A model generated the notes under the pieces. That model saw nothing but the letters and a program-made list of their open reading frames with translations. It made no database searches and was not told where the DNA came from. A stretch of 64,000 nucleotides of DNA from contig JBBCGQ010000001.1 of assembly GCA_037200845.1 (NCBI GenBank), forward strand, positions 2,304,237 to 2,368,236. The letters are read 5' to 3'. The stretch comes from Bauldia sp. GTDB taxonomy: Bacteria; Pseudomonadota; Alphaproteobacteria; Rhizobiales; Kaistiaceae. Positions 17,418 to 27,428 of the stretch are shown piece after piece (position 1 is the stretch's first letter; every line of letters starts with the position of its first letter). The position numbers were made by a program, and so were the translations under genes.

Positions 17418-18629
17418 GTGGCGATCAACCCGCAGGCGAAAGGCGGCGACCGGCAGACGATAGTCGTCGTCGGCGCCGGCATCGGCGGCTTGACCGCCGC
17501 GGTGGCGCTTGCCGCCGCATCCTTCCGCGTCATCGTCGTCGAGCGCGCCGATCATCTTTCGGAAGCCGGCGCCGGCATCCAGATCGCACCCAACGCCGGC
17601 CGCATCCTCGCCAATCTCGGCCTCGCGACGAAGATCGCCGCCGCCGCGATTGAGCCCGATGCGATCGAAGTGCGCAGCGGCACCAGCGGCAAGGTCATCG
17701 CCACTATCCCCGGCGCGGCCTATCGCGCCCGCTACGGCGCGCCCTATCATGTCATCCACCGCGCCGACCTCCAGTCGGTGCTCGCCGCCGCGGTCGAGGC
17801 GAATCCGAACGTCACGCTGGAGCTCGGCGCCACCGTCGCGCAGACGCTGCCGCAGCCGAACGGCCTGCTCGTCCGCATCCAGAAGCCGGGCGGCATCGAC
17901 GTCGTCCCGGCCGTCGCGATCATTGCCGCCGACGGCGTCTGGTCGACGTTCCGCGACAAGATCGCCGGCAGCGCGAAGGCAACGCCGACCGGCCGCACAG
18001 CGTGGCGCGCGCTCCTCGCCGCCGATGTCGGCCGCGATCTCGTCTCGATGACGCGCGTGAATCTCTGGCTCGGCCGCAACGCGCATCTCGTGCACTATCC
18101 GGTGGCGCAGGGTTCGGCCGTCAACATCGTCGCCATCGTCGATGAGGTCTGGGACAAGCAGGGCTGGAGTGCGGTCGGCGATCGCGCCGAGATCGCGCGC
18201 CGCTTCCACGACTGGCCGCTCCGCGCCCGCCACCTCATCGCGGCGCCGGTGTCGTGGCAGAAATTTTCCATCAATCGCGTCAATGCCGGCGCACCGTGGA
18301 CCAGCGAACGCCTGGCGCTGTTGGGCGACGCCGCCCACGCCATGCCGCCGTATCTCGCGCAAGGGGCGGCGATGGCCATCGAGGATGCCGCGGTGCTCGC
18401 CGAAACGCTGCGCGGCGTGAGCGACATCCCGGCGGGGCTCCGCGCCTACGAGGCCGCGCGCAAAGCCCGCGTCGCCGCTGTCGCCAGGGCCGCCGAACAG
18501 ACCGGCCGCCAGTATCACTACGCCGGCCCGCTCGCCTTCGCCCGCGACACCGCGCTCCACTACGCCGCCGAGCGCCTGATCCTCGAGCGCAACGACTGGA
18601 TCTACAACTGGCAGCTCAGCGCCGGATGA
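17418..18629 (+). CDS. FAD-dependent monooxygenase (salicylate hydroxylase/UbiH-like)
   Basis: VVGAGIGGLTAAVAL dinucleotide motif, later LLGDAAHAMPPYLAQGA motif. GTG start. Confidence 0.85.
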   Translation: MAINPQAKGGDRQTIVVVGAGIGGLTAAVALAAASFRVIVVERADHLSEAGAGIQIAPNAGRILANLGLATKIAAAAIEPDAIEVRSGTSGKVIATIPGAAYRARYGAPYHVIHRADLQSVLAAAVEANPNVTLELGATVAQTLPQPNGLLVRIQKPGGIDVVPAVAIIAADGVWSTFRDKIAGSAKATPTGRTAWRALLAADVGRDLVSMTRVNLWLGRNAHLVHYPVAQGSAVNIVAIVDEVWDKQGWSAVGDRAEIARRFHDWPLRARHLIAAPVSWQKFSINRVNAGAPWTSERLALLGDAAHAMPPYLAQGAAMAIEDAAVLAETLRGVSDIPAGLRAYEAARKARVAAVARAAEQTGRQYHYAGPLAFARDTALHYAAERLILERNDWIYNWQLSAG

Positions 18630-19656
18630 CGCCCATCCAGCGCAGCACCCAGTAGGTCAGCCCGGCAGCCAGCGCCCCGACGCCGACCGCCCACAGCGAG
18701 CCGTGCGTGCCATGCGCGAACGGCAGGTCGGTCGTGTTCATGCCGAAGATGCCGGTGACCAGCGTCGCCGGCAGGAACACGGCGGTCAGCACCGACAGCG
18801 CGTTGAGGTTCCGCGCGCTCTCTTCCGAAAGCCGCGCGCTGATCTCTTCCTGCAAGAGCCGCGCCCGCTCCTGCACGGCGATGACTTCCTGGTCGAGCGC
18901 ATCCAGCCGCTGCACCAGCCGGTCGGTGGCGATCTCCAGCGACGCGGTCTTCGCCTCCTCGTCCGACGCCTCGAAGCGGTCGAGCAGCGCGCGCAGGCTC
19001 GCGACCTGCCGGTGCAGCCGCACCACCGTGCGCCGCACGCGGCCGACGCGGCGCCGCTCGTCGGGCACCGAGTCGATCAGCACGAGGTCCTCGATGCGGT
19101 CGAGGTCCTTGCCGAGGTCGTCCATCAGCCCGTCGATGCCGGCGGTCGCCCGCTCGACGATCGCCTCGATCAGCGCGGCGGCGCCGGCCAACTTGCGCCC
19201 GGCGACCAGCGCCGCGCGTACCGCCTCGACCGACTGCAGCGATTGCCGCCGGCCGGTGACGACCAGCCTCTCGGTCATCGCGAAATTGAGGTAGCCGGTC
19301 TCGTCCAGCGAGCGGTCGAGGGCCCGCACCAGATCGGAGAAGACGCCGTAGACGCAGTCGCCGGTGGTGTAGAGTTGCTGGTGGTCATGCAGCGCAACGA
19401 GCAGTGCCCGCGCCACCGCCGGCACCGAGGCGGAATTCGCGATCCACTGGCAGGCGCGCTTGTCGGCAAGATTGAAATGCAGCCACAGCCAGTCGCCGTT
19501 GTCGGTGGCAAGATCGACCGGCTGGTCGGCCGGCAGCTCCACCGAGCGCCCGTCGGCATGGAAGCGGAGCGCCATCACCAGGCCGGGCAGCATCCCCTGC
19601 CCCATCGGCCCGCCGAGCAGCGCGAAGCGCGGCTTGCCGTCCCCCGCAGCGTCCAT
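18616..19656 (-). CDS. CorA/ZntB-family divalent metal ion transporter
   Basis: C-terminal two TM helices with FGMN motif (GIFGMNTTDLPF). Start ambiguous (19656 or further downstream). Confidence 0.75.
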   Translation of the reverse strand: MDAAGDGKPRFALLGGPMGQGMLPGLVMALRFHADGRSVELPADQPVDLATDNGDWLWLHFNLADKRACQWIANSASVPAVARALLVALHDHQQLYTTGDCVYGVFSDLVRALDRSLDETGYLNFAMTERLVVTGRRQSLQSVEAVRAALVAGRKLAGAAALIEAIVERATAGIDGLMDDLGKDLDRIEDLVLIDSVPDERRRVGRVRRTVVRLHRQVASLRALLDRFEASDEEAKTASLEIATDRLVQRLDALDQEVIAVQERARLLQEEISARLSEESARNLNALSVLTAVFLPATLVTGIFGMNTTDLPFAHGTHGSLWAVGVGALAAGLTYWVLRWMGVIRR

Positions 19657-19741
19657 CTGTTTCCCGTCTCCGAGCCGCCGACCGCAGCGACGCACCGATC
19701 CGTGACAGGCGCATGAAGGCCTGGGGACCGCGGTGGATAAA

Positions 19742-20359
19742 CTAGCTGCGCCCGATGGCTGCCGTCGCCGCGCCCATGCCGACCAGGCAGGTCGCGCCGG
19801 CGCGATTCATCCAGGCGAGCACGCCCGGCCTGCGGATGCGGTCGCGCAGCTTGTCGGCGGCGAGCGCATAGGCGAGCGCGTTGATTGTCGCCAGGACAAC
19901 GAACGTCGCCTCGACGATCGCGAACTGCGGCAAGAGCGGCCGCGCGTGATCGATGAACTGCGGCACGAAGGCGACGAAGAACGCGATGCTTTTCGGGTTG
20001 AGCGCCGTCACCGTGAAGGCGTGGAGGAAGATGCCGCGCGTCCGGGGCGCCGCCTCGGCGACATCAGGCAGCACGGGGCTGGCGCGCCACAGCCGCACGC
20101 CGAGATAGACGAGATACGCGGCGCCGATCCATTTCAGCACCGTGAAGAAAGCCGCGGAGGTGAGAAGCAGGGCGCCGAGACCGGCGAGCGACAGCGTCAT
20201 CGCGGTGAAGTCGCCGAGCGCGACCCCGGCCGCCATCGCGACGGCAACTTTCCGCCCCTGCGTCAGCGCGTAGCTGACGACGAGGAGCACCGTCGGACCG
20301 GGAATAAGCAGAATGACAATCGACGCCGCCAGGAATGCGATCCAGGTGGCGAACGTCAT
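19742..20359 (-). CDS. LysE/RhtB family amino-acid exporter
   Basis: 205 aa, six hydrophobic segments, N-terminal IPGPTVLLVVS motif. Confidence 0.8.
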   Translation of the reverse strand: MTFATWIAFLAASIVILLIPGPTVLLVVSYALTQGRKVAVAMAAGVALGDFTAMTLSLAGLGALLLTSAAFFTVLKWIGAAYLVYLGVRLWRASPVLPDVAEAAPRTRGIFLHAFTVTALNPKSIAFFVAFVPQFIDHARPLLPQFAIVEATFVVLATINALAYALAADKLRDRIRRPGVLAWMNRAGATCLVGMGAATAAIGRS

Positions 20360-20366
20360 TATCGTC

Positions 20367-20621
20367 TTAGGCGCGTCCACCCGCGCGTGTCGGCCGCTCG
20401 ACCTTCTTCGGCATCGGCAGCAGGCCTTCGCGCTGGAGCTGCTTGCGGGCGAGCTTGCGTCCGCGGCGGATGGCTTCGCCCTTCTCGCGCGCCTTGCGCT
20501 CGGACGGCTTCTCGTAGAACGCCTGACGCTTGAGCTCGCGGAAGATGCCTTCGCGCTGGAGCTTCTTCTTCAACACCTTCAACGCCTGATCGACGTTGTT
20601 ATCGCGCACCATGATCTGCAA
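20367..20621 (-). CDS. rpsU: 30S ribosomal protein S21 with basic C-terminal extension
   Basis: (M)[50 protein letters not shown] at 20621 restores the usual MQ(V/I) N-terminus. The alternative ATG is at 20612. Confidence 0.85.
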   Translation of the reverse strand: MQIMVRDNNVDQALKVLKKKLQREGIFRELKRQAFYEKPSERKAREKGEAIRRGRKLARKQLQREGLLPMPKKVERPTRAGGRA

Positions 20622-20696
20622 AGGGATGTGCCTCGAAAGAATCGATTGGAGGCGCGGGTATAGCCCGAAACGGGAACTAATCAAGCAAAATAGCGG

Positions 20697-20783
20697 TGGT
20701 GCGGACGCCCGGGGTCGAACCGGGACGGAGTTGCCTCCGAGGGATTTTAAGTCCCTTGCGTCTACCAATTCCGCCACGTCCGC
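20697..20783 (-). tRNA. tRNA-Leu (anticodon UAA)
   Basis: Reverse complement reads GCGGACGTGGCGGAATTGGTAGACGCAAGGGACTTAAAATCCCTCGGAGGCAACTCCGTCCCGGTTCGACCCCGGGCGTCCGCACCA. It has a 7-bp acceptor stem, long variable arm, anticodon loop CTTAAAA and encoded CCA. Confidence 0.9.
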
Positions 20784-20831
20784 GCCGCCGCTTGGGTAAG
20801 CCGCGGCCCTAAGGATAGCAAGGACGCCGAT

Positions 20832-20888
20832 TATCGTACGATAGGTCTTGACGCCTCAAATAGCGCCCATTAGATATATCGCACGATA
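20832..20888. promoter_or_regulatory. two copies of a 12-bp palindrome upstream of padR (candidate operator)
   Basis: TATCGTACGATA (20832-20843, perfect palindrome) and TATCGCACGATA (20877-20888, one mismatch). Centres are 45 bp apart. The second copy is 18 nt upstream of the padR ATG. Confidence 0.45.
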
Positions 20889-20905
20889 CAACGGAGAATA
20901 CGAAC

Positions 20906-21574
20906 ATGCACAATCATTGGCGCGACGAGAGAATGGCCTGGAGCTTCGCGGGACGCGGCGGCCCGGGTAGCGGCGGCTGGAGCAAGCACGGGCGCGGCGG
21001 CGGACGCGGCGGCTTCGGCAGCGGTGCCTTCCGCGTCGGCAAGATGCTAGCCGACGGCGACCTGCGCGTCGTCGTGCTGGCGCTGCTCAAGGACGGCCCG
21101 CGGCACGGCTACGACATCATCAAGGCGCTGGAGGAGAAGTCGAGCGGCATCTACAGCCCCTCGCCCGGCGTCGTCTATCCGACGCTGACCTACCTCGAGG
21201 AAGTCGGCTACGTCTCGGCGACCACCGAGGGCAACAAGAAGGTCTACGCCATCACCGACGCCGGCCGGCAGCACCTCGAAGAGAACCGCGACCTTGCCGA
21301 CATGGTCCTCGACTCGATCGAGAAGTTCGGCCGCAAGATGGCCCAGGCCCGCGCCTGGTGGGAAGGCGACCGCAAGGGCGGCCCGAAGGCCGACCGCGAC
21401 ATTCCGGGCGTCATCGACGAAGTCAACGACGCCCGCCGCGACCTCAAGGAAGCCATCGCCGAGAAGCTCGACCAGGCGGCCGAGGACGTGCAGCGCCGCG
21501 TCGCCAAGGCGCTCCGCGACGCCGCCAAGGCGATCCGCGGACTGAACAACCGGGACGACGTGATCGACCTTTAG
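20906..21574 (+). CDS. PadR family transcriptional regulator with Gly/Arg-rich N-terminal extension
   Basis: LRVVVLALLKDGPRHGYDIIKALEEKSSGIYSPSPGVVYPTLTYLEEVGYV is the PadR winged-helix signature. Confidence 0.85.
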   Translation: MHNHWRDERMAWSFAGRGGPGSGGWSKHGRGGGRGGFGSGAFRVGKMLADGDLRVVVLALLKDGPRHGYDIIKALEEKSSGIYSPSPGVVYPTLTYLEEVGYVSATTEGNKKVYAITDAGRQHLEENRDLADMVLDSIEKFGRKMAQARAWWEGDRKGGPKADRDIPGVIDEVNDARRDLKEAIAEKLDQAAEDVQRRVAKALRDAAKAIRGLNNRDDVIDL

Positions 21575-21603
21575 CGGCGCATCGCCGATCTCTATCTGCA
21601 AAG

Positions 21604-21632
21604 GGCCGGAGACCCAGTCTCCGGCCTTTTTT
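21604..21632 (+). terminator. rho-independent terminator after padR
   Basis: GGCCGGAGAC-CCA-GTCTCCGGCC followed by TTTTTT. Confidence 0.85.
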
Positions 21633-21654
21633 CGGCCTTCACTTCGCCCCCTCC

Positions 21655-21755
21655 CGCTTTCCCCGCGAAGGCGGGGACCCGGGAAGTGCCGCGCGCAGGT
21701 CCGCGAGGCTTGAGCCCAGGGTTTCCCCTGGGTGCCCGCTTTCGCGGGGATCAGC
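21655..21755. repeat. family A hairpin pair
   Basis: CCCCGCGAAGGCGGGGACCCGGG at 21661 onward and CTGGGTGCCCGCTTTCGCGGGGA at 21728-21750. Confidence 0.8.
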
Positions 21756-21857
21756 GGAGAGCGGGTTACGCTTCGGACAAAATCACCCGCTGGTCACCGC
21801 GACCGGTCCGGATATATATCCGCCTGCACCGCTTCTCCTCGCAGGCAGTCCTACCCC

Positions 21858-23084
21858 GTGAACGCTCCCACCAAGCCCGGCGCCGTTGCCGCCTCCGGCG
21901 ATTCCGCCGTCTACGCGATCCTGATCGCGGCCAGCGTCTCGCATCTCCTCAACGACACCATCCAGTCGCTGCTGCCGGCGATCTATCCGCTGCTCAAGCA
22001 AAACTTCGCACTGTCGTTCGCGCAGATCGGCATCATCACGTTTGTCTTCCATGTCACCGCCTCGCTGCTCCAGCCCGTGGTCGGCATGGTCACCGACAAG
22101 CGGCCGATGCCCTTCTCGCTGCCTATCGGCATGGGCGCGAGCCTCGTCGGGCTGCTGCTCCTGTCGGTCGCGCCCAACTATCCCGTGCTGCTGATCGCCG
22201 CGGCGCTGGTCGGTGTCGGCTCGTCGGTGTTCCACCCGGAGGCCTCCCGCATCGCGCGGCTCGCCTCGGGCGGTCGCTACGGCTTCGCGCAATCCTTCTT
22301 CCAGGTCGGCGGCAACATCGGCTCGGCGCTTGGCCCGCTGCTCGCCGCGGCGATCGTGGTGCCGATGGGCCAGCACAGCATCGCCGGCTTCTCGATCATC
22401 GCACTCATCGCGATCGTCGTGCTGTGGAACGTCAGCGCCTGGTACAAGACCAACCACCTTGGCGACAAGCCGCGCGTCGCGCCGCGCCCGCCGGTGCCGA
22501 CCGGCCTGTCGCCGGCGCGCACCGTGATCGCGCTCGCGATTCTCGTGATCCTGGTCTTCTCGAAATACATCTACATGCAGAGCATCTCGAGCTACTACAC
22601 GTTCTATACGATCACGACCTTCGGCGTGTCGGTGCAGACCTCGCAGATCCTGCTGTTCGTCTTCCTCGGCGCCGCCGCGGCCGGCACCTTCTTCGGCGGC
22701 CCGCTCGGCGACCGCTTCGGCCGCAAGTACGTCATCTGGGCCTCCATCCTCGGCATCCTGCCGTTCACGCTGATCCTGCCGCATGTCGGGCTTGGGACGA
22801 CGATCGTGCTGACCGCGATCATCGGCGCCGGCCTCGCCTCAGCCTTCCCGGCGATCGTGGTGTTCGCGCAGGAACTGCTGCCCGGCAAGGTCGGCATGGT
22901 CTCGGGCATCTTCTTCGGCGTGGCCTTCGGCGTCGCCGGCATCGGCGCGGCAGCGCTCGGCGCGCTCGCCGACGCCACCAGCATCGGCTTCGTCTACAAC
23001 GTCTGCGCCTTCCTGCCGGCGATCGGGCTGCTGACGGTGTTCCTGCCGGACATCGAGCGGGCGAAGCGTGAAGCCGCGGCTTGA
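21858..23084 (+). CDS. MFS transporter (Fsr-like)
   Basis: 12-TM-like hydrophobic profile and SHLLNDTIQSLLPAIYP motif. GTG start chosen downstream of the repeat-derived PAFAGIS segment. Confidence 0.75.
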   Translation: MNAPTKPGAVAASGDSAVYAILIAASVSHLLNDTIQSLLPAIYPLLKQNFALSFAQIGIITFVFHVTASLLQPVVGMVTDKRPMPFSLPIGMGASLVGLLLLSVAPNYPVLLIAAALVGVGSSVFHPEASRIARLASGGRYGFAQSFFQVGGNIGSALGPLLAAAIVVPMGQHSIAGFSIIALIAIVVLWNVSAWYKTNHLGDKPRVAPRPPVPTGLSPARTVIALAILVILVFSKYIYMQSISSYYTFYTITTFGVSVQTSQILLFVFLGAAAAGTFFGGPLGDRFGRKYVIWASILGILPFTLILPHVGLGTTIVLTAIIGAGLASAFPAIVVFAQELLPGKVGMVSGIFFGVAFGVAGIGAAALGALADATSIGFVYNVCAFLPAIGLLTVFLPDIERAKREAAA

Positions 23085-23106
23085 ACTAGGCAGCCACTCC
23101 CCTCCG

Positions 23107-23227
23107 CTGTCATCCTTCGGCGGCGCGAAGCGCCGACCGGAGGACCAGCACCGGCAAGCATGTGCCGCTGACGTAAGCCGTGCGCGGTCCTCCGGTCGAG
23201 GCCTGCGGCCTCGCCGAAGGATGACAG
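23107..23227. repeat. 121-bp MITE-like element, family B
   Basis: CTGTCATCCTTCGGCGGCGCGAAGCGCCGACCGGAGGACC ... GGTCCTCCGGTCGAGGCCTGCGGCCTCGCCGAAGGATGACAG. Confidence 0.85.
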
Positions 23228-23258
23228 CGGTGGGGATGAGCGGTCGCTAAACCCGAAA

Positions 23259-24089
23259 CTACTCCGCCAAAAACTTCGCGAACGCGTCCTTGTGGTCCGG
23301 ATGCCAGCGCGACAGCGGCGGGCGGTTCTCCGTGATGTCGCCGGCCGCCCATTGGATGCGCTTGAAGTCGACGGCGTTGGTGACCTCGTTGTCCTCGCAG
23401 ATGATGTAGAAGTCGCCCTGCGCGAGCCGGTCAAGCAGCACGTCGACGATCTGGCCCGGCCACCACGCACCGGCCGGCTTCGGCCCGCCGTCGCGGGCGG
23501 TGAGACCGGTGTGCACCCAGCCCGGCACGAGCAGGTGCGCGCTGACCTTGCAGCCGGCCGTGTTGCGCAGCGTGTGCTGCAGCCCCTCGGTCAGCACCTT
23601 CACGCCCGCCTTGGAGACGTTGTAGGCCGTGTCGCCGGGCGGCGTGGTGATGCCCTGCTTCGAGCCGGTGTTGACGATCGCCGCCGGCTTGCCGGCCGCG
23701 ATCATCGCCGGCGCGAATGCCTGCACGCCGTTGATGACGCCCCAGAGGTTGGTGCCCAGCACCTTCTGCCAGCCGGCGTAATTCTCGATGGCGCTGCCGC
23801 CACCGCCGGTGCCGGCGTTATTCATCAGGATGCCGACGTCGCCGAAGGTCGCCATGACCTTGTCGCGCAGCGCCTCGACCTCGGCGAGCCGGCTGACGTC
23901 GGTCCTCACGGTCAGCACCGTGCCGCCGATCTCCTTCGCGGCGGCCGACAGGCGCGCGTCGTCGAGGTCGGCAATGGCGACGTTCATGCCGAGGGCGGCG
24001 AAACGCTTGGCCGCGGCAAGCCCGATGCCGCTGGCGCCGCCGGTGATGACGGCAGTGCGGCCGGTGGTGATGGCGGGGTGGTTGGGCAT
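23259..24089 (-). CDS. SDR family oxidoreductase
   Basis: TGGASGIGLA cofactor motif, NNAG, YNVSK catalytic motif. Start at MPNHPAITTG, because the longer track ORF runs through repeats. Confidence 0.85.
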   Translation of the reverse strand: MPNHPAITTGRTAVITGGASGIGLAAAKRFAALGMNVAIADLDDARLSAAAKEIGGTVLTVRTDVSRLAEVEALRDKVMATFGDVGILMNNAGTGGGGSAIENYAGWQKVLGTNLWGVINGVQAFAPAMIAAGKPAAIVNTGSKQGITTPPGDTAYNVSKAGVKVLTEGLQHTLRNTAGCKVSAHLLVPGWVHTGLTARDGGPKPAGAWWPGQIVDVLLDRLAQGDFYIICEDNEVTNAVDFKRIQWAAGDITENRPPLSRWHPDHKDAFAKFLAE

Positions 24090-24159
24090 GATGGTTTTCC
24101 TCTGAGCCGGGAAGGAAACTAGCGACGCCGACGTACATTGGAAATGGACCGCTCCACGT

Positions 24160-24420
24160 CGCTTCCCGCGAGGCGGGGTCCAGGAGGTGAGGCTATGCCG
24201 CGGCGGCGAGTTTGCCTCGCTACCTGGGTCCCCGCTTCCGCTGGGAAAGCGGAGATGGATGATCGAGGCGCGCGAAAGATGCTGGCGACCGCGCCCCCTC
24301 GCCCTCTTTCTCTGGGCTCGCTTTGCTCGCGAAGAGAAAGAGCCCTCTCCCACGAGGGGAGAGGGGACCAACTGGCGGCGGCGTATTCTCCTCTCGCCTC
24401 GTGGGAGAGGGCTTCGGCTC
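24160..24420. repeat. composite repeat block: degenerate family A pair plus family D hairpins (GCCCTCTCCC..GGGGAGAGGG)
   Basis: CGCTTTGCTCGCGAAGAGAAAGAGCCCTCTCCCACGAGGGGAGAGGGG resembles 34320-34375. An inverted partner lies at 24390-24415. Confidence 0.7.
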
Positions 24421-24492
24421 TTGTGGGCGGAGCGAACTAGAGACGAAGGGTGAGCTGGCGCCTCCCTCAGACAGCGGCCTCGCCTCAATGGC

Positions 24493-26727
24493 TCACACGA
24501 CCAGCCGCGACGGCTCCATCACGGCCATGCGCTGGCGCTCGCCGACGATGACGCGGCGCTCCACGTCTTCCATCGACATCGGGCGCCCGTAGAGGAAGCC
24601 CTGGAAGGCGCGGCAGCCGAAACGGCGCAGAAGCAGCGCCTGCATTTCGTTTTCGACGCCCTCGGCAATCGCCGCCATGCCGAGGTTGCGCGCGATGTTG
24701 AGAATCGTCTGCACGATGACGCGGTCGTTCTGGTCGGTCTCGATGTCCTGCACGAACGAGCAGTCGATCTTGAGCGCGTCGATCGGCAGGCGCTTCAAAT
24801 GCGACAGCGACGAGTAGCCGGTGCCGAAATCGTCGAGGAAAATCTTGACGCCGTGCGCCTTGAGCGCGACCAGCGCGCGCTCGACCTCGCGGGCGTTGTC
24901 GAGCATGACGTGCTCGGTGATCTCGATGGTCAGGCGGGCCGGATCGGCCCCGCTCGTCTCGATCGCCGAGGTGACGAGATCGACCAGTTCCGGCCCGATG
25001 CGTCGGCCGCCGATGTTGACCGCCATCTGCAGGTGCTTCAGCGCCGGATTACGGCCCCAGCGGTTGAGCGTATCGCACGCCGTGGCCAGCACGTAGGCGT
25101 CGATCCGCTCCATGAAGCCGGCGCGATCGGCGAGCGGGATGAAGATCGCCGGCGGAATCGCGCCGCGCATCGGGTGGTCCCAGCGCAGCAGCGCCTCGAC
25201 GCCGAAGGGCACGCCGGCGTCGTCCACCTCGGGCTGGTAGTGCAGCTTGAGCCGCCCCTCCTCCAGCGCCTGGCGCAGTTCGTTGGTGAGCGTCTCGCGC
25301 TCCTCCAGCACCGCCTGCATCTCGCTGACGAAGAACGACGCCGAGCCGCGGCCCATCGCCTTCGCCTCGTACATCGCCATGTCGGCGCGCTTCAGCAATT
25401 CGTCGACGCCGGTTTCGCTGCCGCGGAAGAGCGTGACGCCGATGCTCGCGCTGGTGTGGAACGGAAAGCCGTCGAGAATGAACGGCTCGGCAAGCGTGGT
25501 GTGCAGCTTCTCGACCGTGCGGCTCACCTGCTGTTCGGCGACCTCGCGCCCGACGGCGAGGCCGTGGATGAGGATGACGAATTCGTCGCCGCCGAGCCGC
25601 GCCACCAGATCGCCGCCGGCGACGACCGGCAGCAGGCGGCGGGCGACGTCGACCAGCAGGCGGTCGCCGAAATGATGCCCCTTGGTGTCGTTCAGCACCT
25701 TGAACTGGTCGAGGTCGATGAACAGCAGCGCGCTCCAGCGGCCGCTGTGCCCGGGCGCGTCGATCGCCGCCTGCAACTGCTCGACCAGCGCGCCGCGATT
25801 GGGCAGGCCGGTGAGCGTGTCGCGGTAGGCGAGATTGTAGACGTGCTCCGCCGCCTTCTTTTTCTCGGTGATATCGGTCAGGCAGCCGTGCCACAGCACC
25901 GAGCCGTCGGGCTGCGGCTCGGGCACCGACTGGCCGTGCACCCATTTCACGACGCCGCCGGGCAGCAGCAGCCGGTATTCCAGATTGCGCGGCGTCAGCG
26001 CGGTGCCGGATTCGGCGAAGGAAGCCACCAGCCGCGGGCGATCCTCGGGATGGACGCGCGAGAAGATCAGCGCCGGATCCTTCTGCGCCGCTTCCGCGGT
26101 GATCCCCATGATGTCCTTGATGCCGACGCTCATGTACGGCATCTCGGTGCGCCCGTCCGCCAGGGTGCGCTGCTGGTAGAGGCAGCCGGAGACCAGCGAG
26201 GCGATCTTCTCGGTGCGCAACTGCAGCTCCATCCGGCGCACCGCGTCGGTGACGTCGCGGACCGTGCCCTCGATGTAGCGGGCCGCGCCCGATCGCCGGT
26301 CGCGCACGACGCGGATGTTTTCCTCCACCCACAGGGGCTCGCCGGTCTTGTAGCGCTTGACCTGCGAGATCAGGCCATCGACGCGGCCGCGCTCGGCCAG
26401 CATGCGGTTGACCTCGGCGCGGCGGCCGGGATCGACGTACCAGTTCCGCGCCATGTCGTGGGCGTGCTCGAGCAGCTCCTCGTCGTCGGCGAAGCCGTGC
26501 ATGCGATAGACGGCCGGGTTGGCCTGCAGCACGACGCCGTCAAGCGTGCAGCGGCAGACGCCGTCGCTGATGTTCTCGTAGAGCTCGCGGAAATTGCGCT
26601 CCGTCTCGCGCGCATCGAGCAGCGCGTTATGGCTGCGCAGATAGAGGACGCCGAGCGTCAGCGCGGACGCCGCGAGGCCCGCCGTCGTTCCGAGAAGAAC
26701 GACCAGGTTCAGATGAGAGAAATCCAT
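24493..26727 (-). CDS. PAS/PAC sensor diguanylate cyclase/phosphodiesterase (GGDEF + EAL)
   Basis: N-terminal TM segment, two PAS-like regions, intact GGDEF (ARLGGDEFVIL), EAL domain (EALLRWDHP ... DDFGTGYSSL). Confidence 0.9.
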   Translation of the reverse strand: MDFSHLNLVVLLGTTAGLAASALTLGVLYLRSHNALLDARETERNFRELYENISDGVCRCTLDGVVLQANPAVYRMHGFADDEELLEHAHDMARNWYVDPGRRAEVNRMLAERGRVDGLISQVKRYKTGEPLWVEENIRVVRDRRSGAARYIEGTVRDVTDAVRRMELQLRTEKIASLVSGCLYQQRTLADGRTEMPYMSVGIKDIMGITAEAAQKDPALIFSRVHPEDRPRLVASFAESGTALTPRNLEYRLLLPGGVVKWVHGQSVPEPQPDGSVLWHGCLTDITEKKKAAEHVYNLAYRDTLTGLPNRGALVEQLQAAIDAPGHSGRWSALLFIDLDQFKVLNDTKGHHFGDRLLVDVARRLLPVVAGGDLVARLGGDEFVILIHGLAVGREVAEQQVSRTVEKLHTTLAEPFILDGFPFHTSASIGVTLFRGSETGVDELLKRADMAMYEAKAMGRGSASFFVSEMQAVLEERETLTNELRQALEEGRLKLHYQPEVDDAGVPFGVEALLRWDHPMRGAIPPAIFIPLADRAGFMERIDAYVLATACDTLNRWGRNPALKHLQMAVNIGGRRIGPELVDLVTSAIETSGADPARLTIEITEHVMLDNAREVERALVALKAHGVKIFLDDFGTGYSSLSHLKRLPIDALKIDCSFVQDIETDQNDRVIVQTILNIARNLGMAAIAEGVENEMQALLLRRFGCRAFQGFLYGRPMSMEDVERRVIVGERQRMAVMEPSRLVV

Positions 26728-26834
26728 GCGCCGCCCGCGCCACTCGACTGGCTATCCGGGCGTCAAGCTAGGCCGTGAACCGGAAAGATACGATTAAGCC
26801 GTGGGTTGAAAATTTGCCGCTAATTTTAGGAATG

Positions 26835-27347
26835 TCAGCCGGCCGTGTCCTGCGCGATCGGAGGCTGGAACGACCAGCCCATATCCCACGGGAAATAGAT
26901 CCACGTGTCCTGGCTCACTTCGGTGACGAACGTATCAACCAGCGGTCGGCCGGCCGGCTTGGCATACATCGTGGCGTAGTGCGCCTTGGGCACCATCTCG
27001 CGCACCAGCTTGGCAGTTTTGCCGGTATCGACCAGATCGTCGATGACGAGGACGCCCGCCCCCTGCCCGCCGCCGAGATTGACGATCTCGTTGCCGATCG
27101 GCTTCAGCACCTGCAGCCCGCCCTGGTCGCGGTAGTCGTGATACGAGGCGACGCACACCGTCTCGATCAGCCGGAGGCCGAGCTCGCGGGCGATGATCGC
27201 CGCCGGCACCAGCCCGCCGCGGGTGACGCACACGATCGCCTGCCAGTTCGCCTTCTGCCCGGAAAGCCGCCATGCCAGCGCGCGCGAATCGCGGTGGAAC
27301 TGGTCCCAGGAAACCGGAAACGCCTTCTCCGCCCGTGGCTCAGCCAT
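26835..27347 (-). CDS. gpt: xanthine phosphoribosyltransferase
   Basis: [19 protein letters not shown] ... [14 protein letters not shown] ... WIYFPWD is Gpt-like. Confidence 0.9.
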   Translation of the reverse strand: MAEPRAEKAFPVSWDQFHRDSRALAWRLSGQKANWQAIVCVTRGGLVPAAIIARELGLRLIETVCVASYHDYRDQGGLQVLKPIGNEIVNLGGGQGAGVLVIDDLVDTGKTAKLVREMVPKAHYATMYAKPAGRPLVDTFVTEVSQDTWIYFPWDMGWSFQPPIAQDTAG

Positions 27348-27428
27348 GGTGCCCCTCTGCCTTTGCCGGAAGATCGCGGCAGCGCCGCTAAAATGACAAT
27401 CTAGCCGAAACTGCGCTCCACAAGAAAA

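Noticed and set aside
20697-20905. tRNA-Leu as an integration site for a genomic island
   Set aside because: No integrase, no repeat of the tRNA 3' end, and housekeeping genes on both sides (rpsU, padR with native composition).
24799-26778. 659-aa plus-strand ORF
   Set aside because: Antisense shadow of the PAS/GGDEF/EAL gene, with the same compositional artefact.
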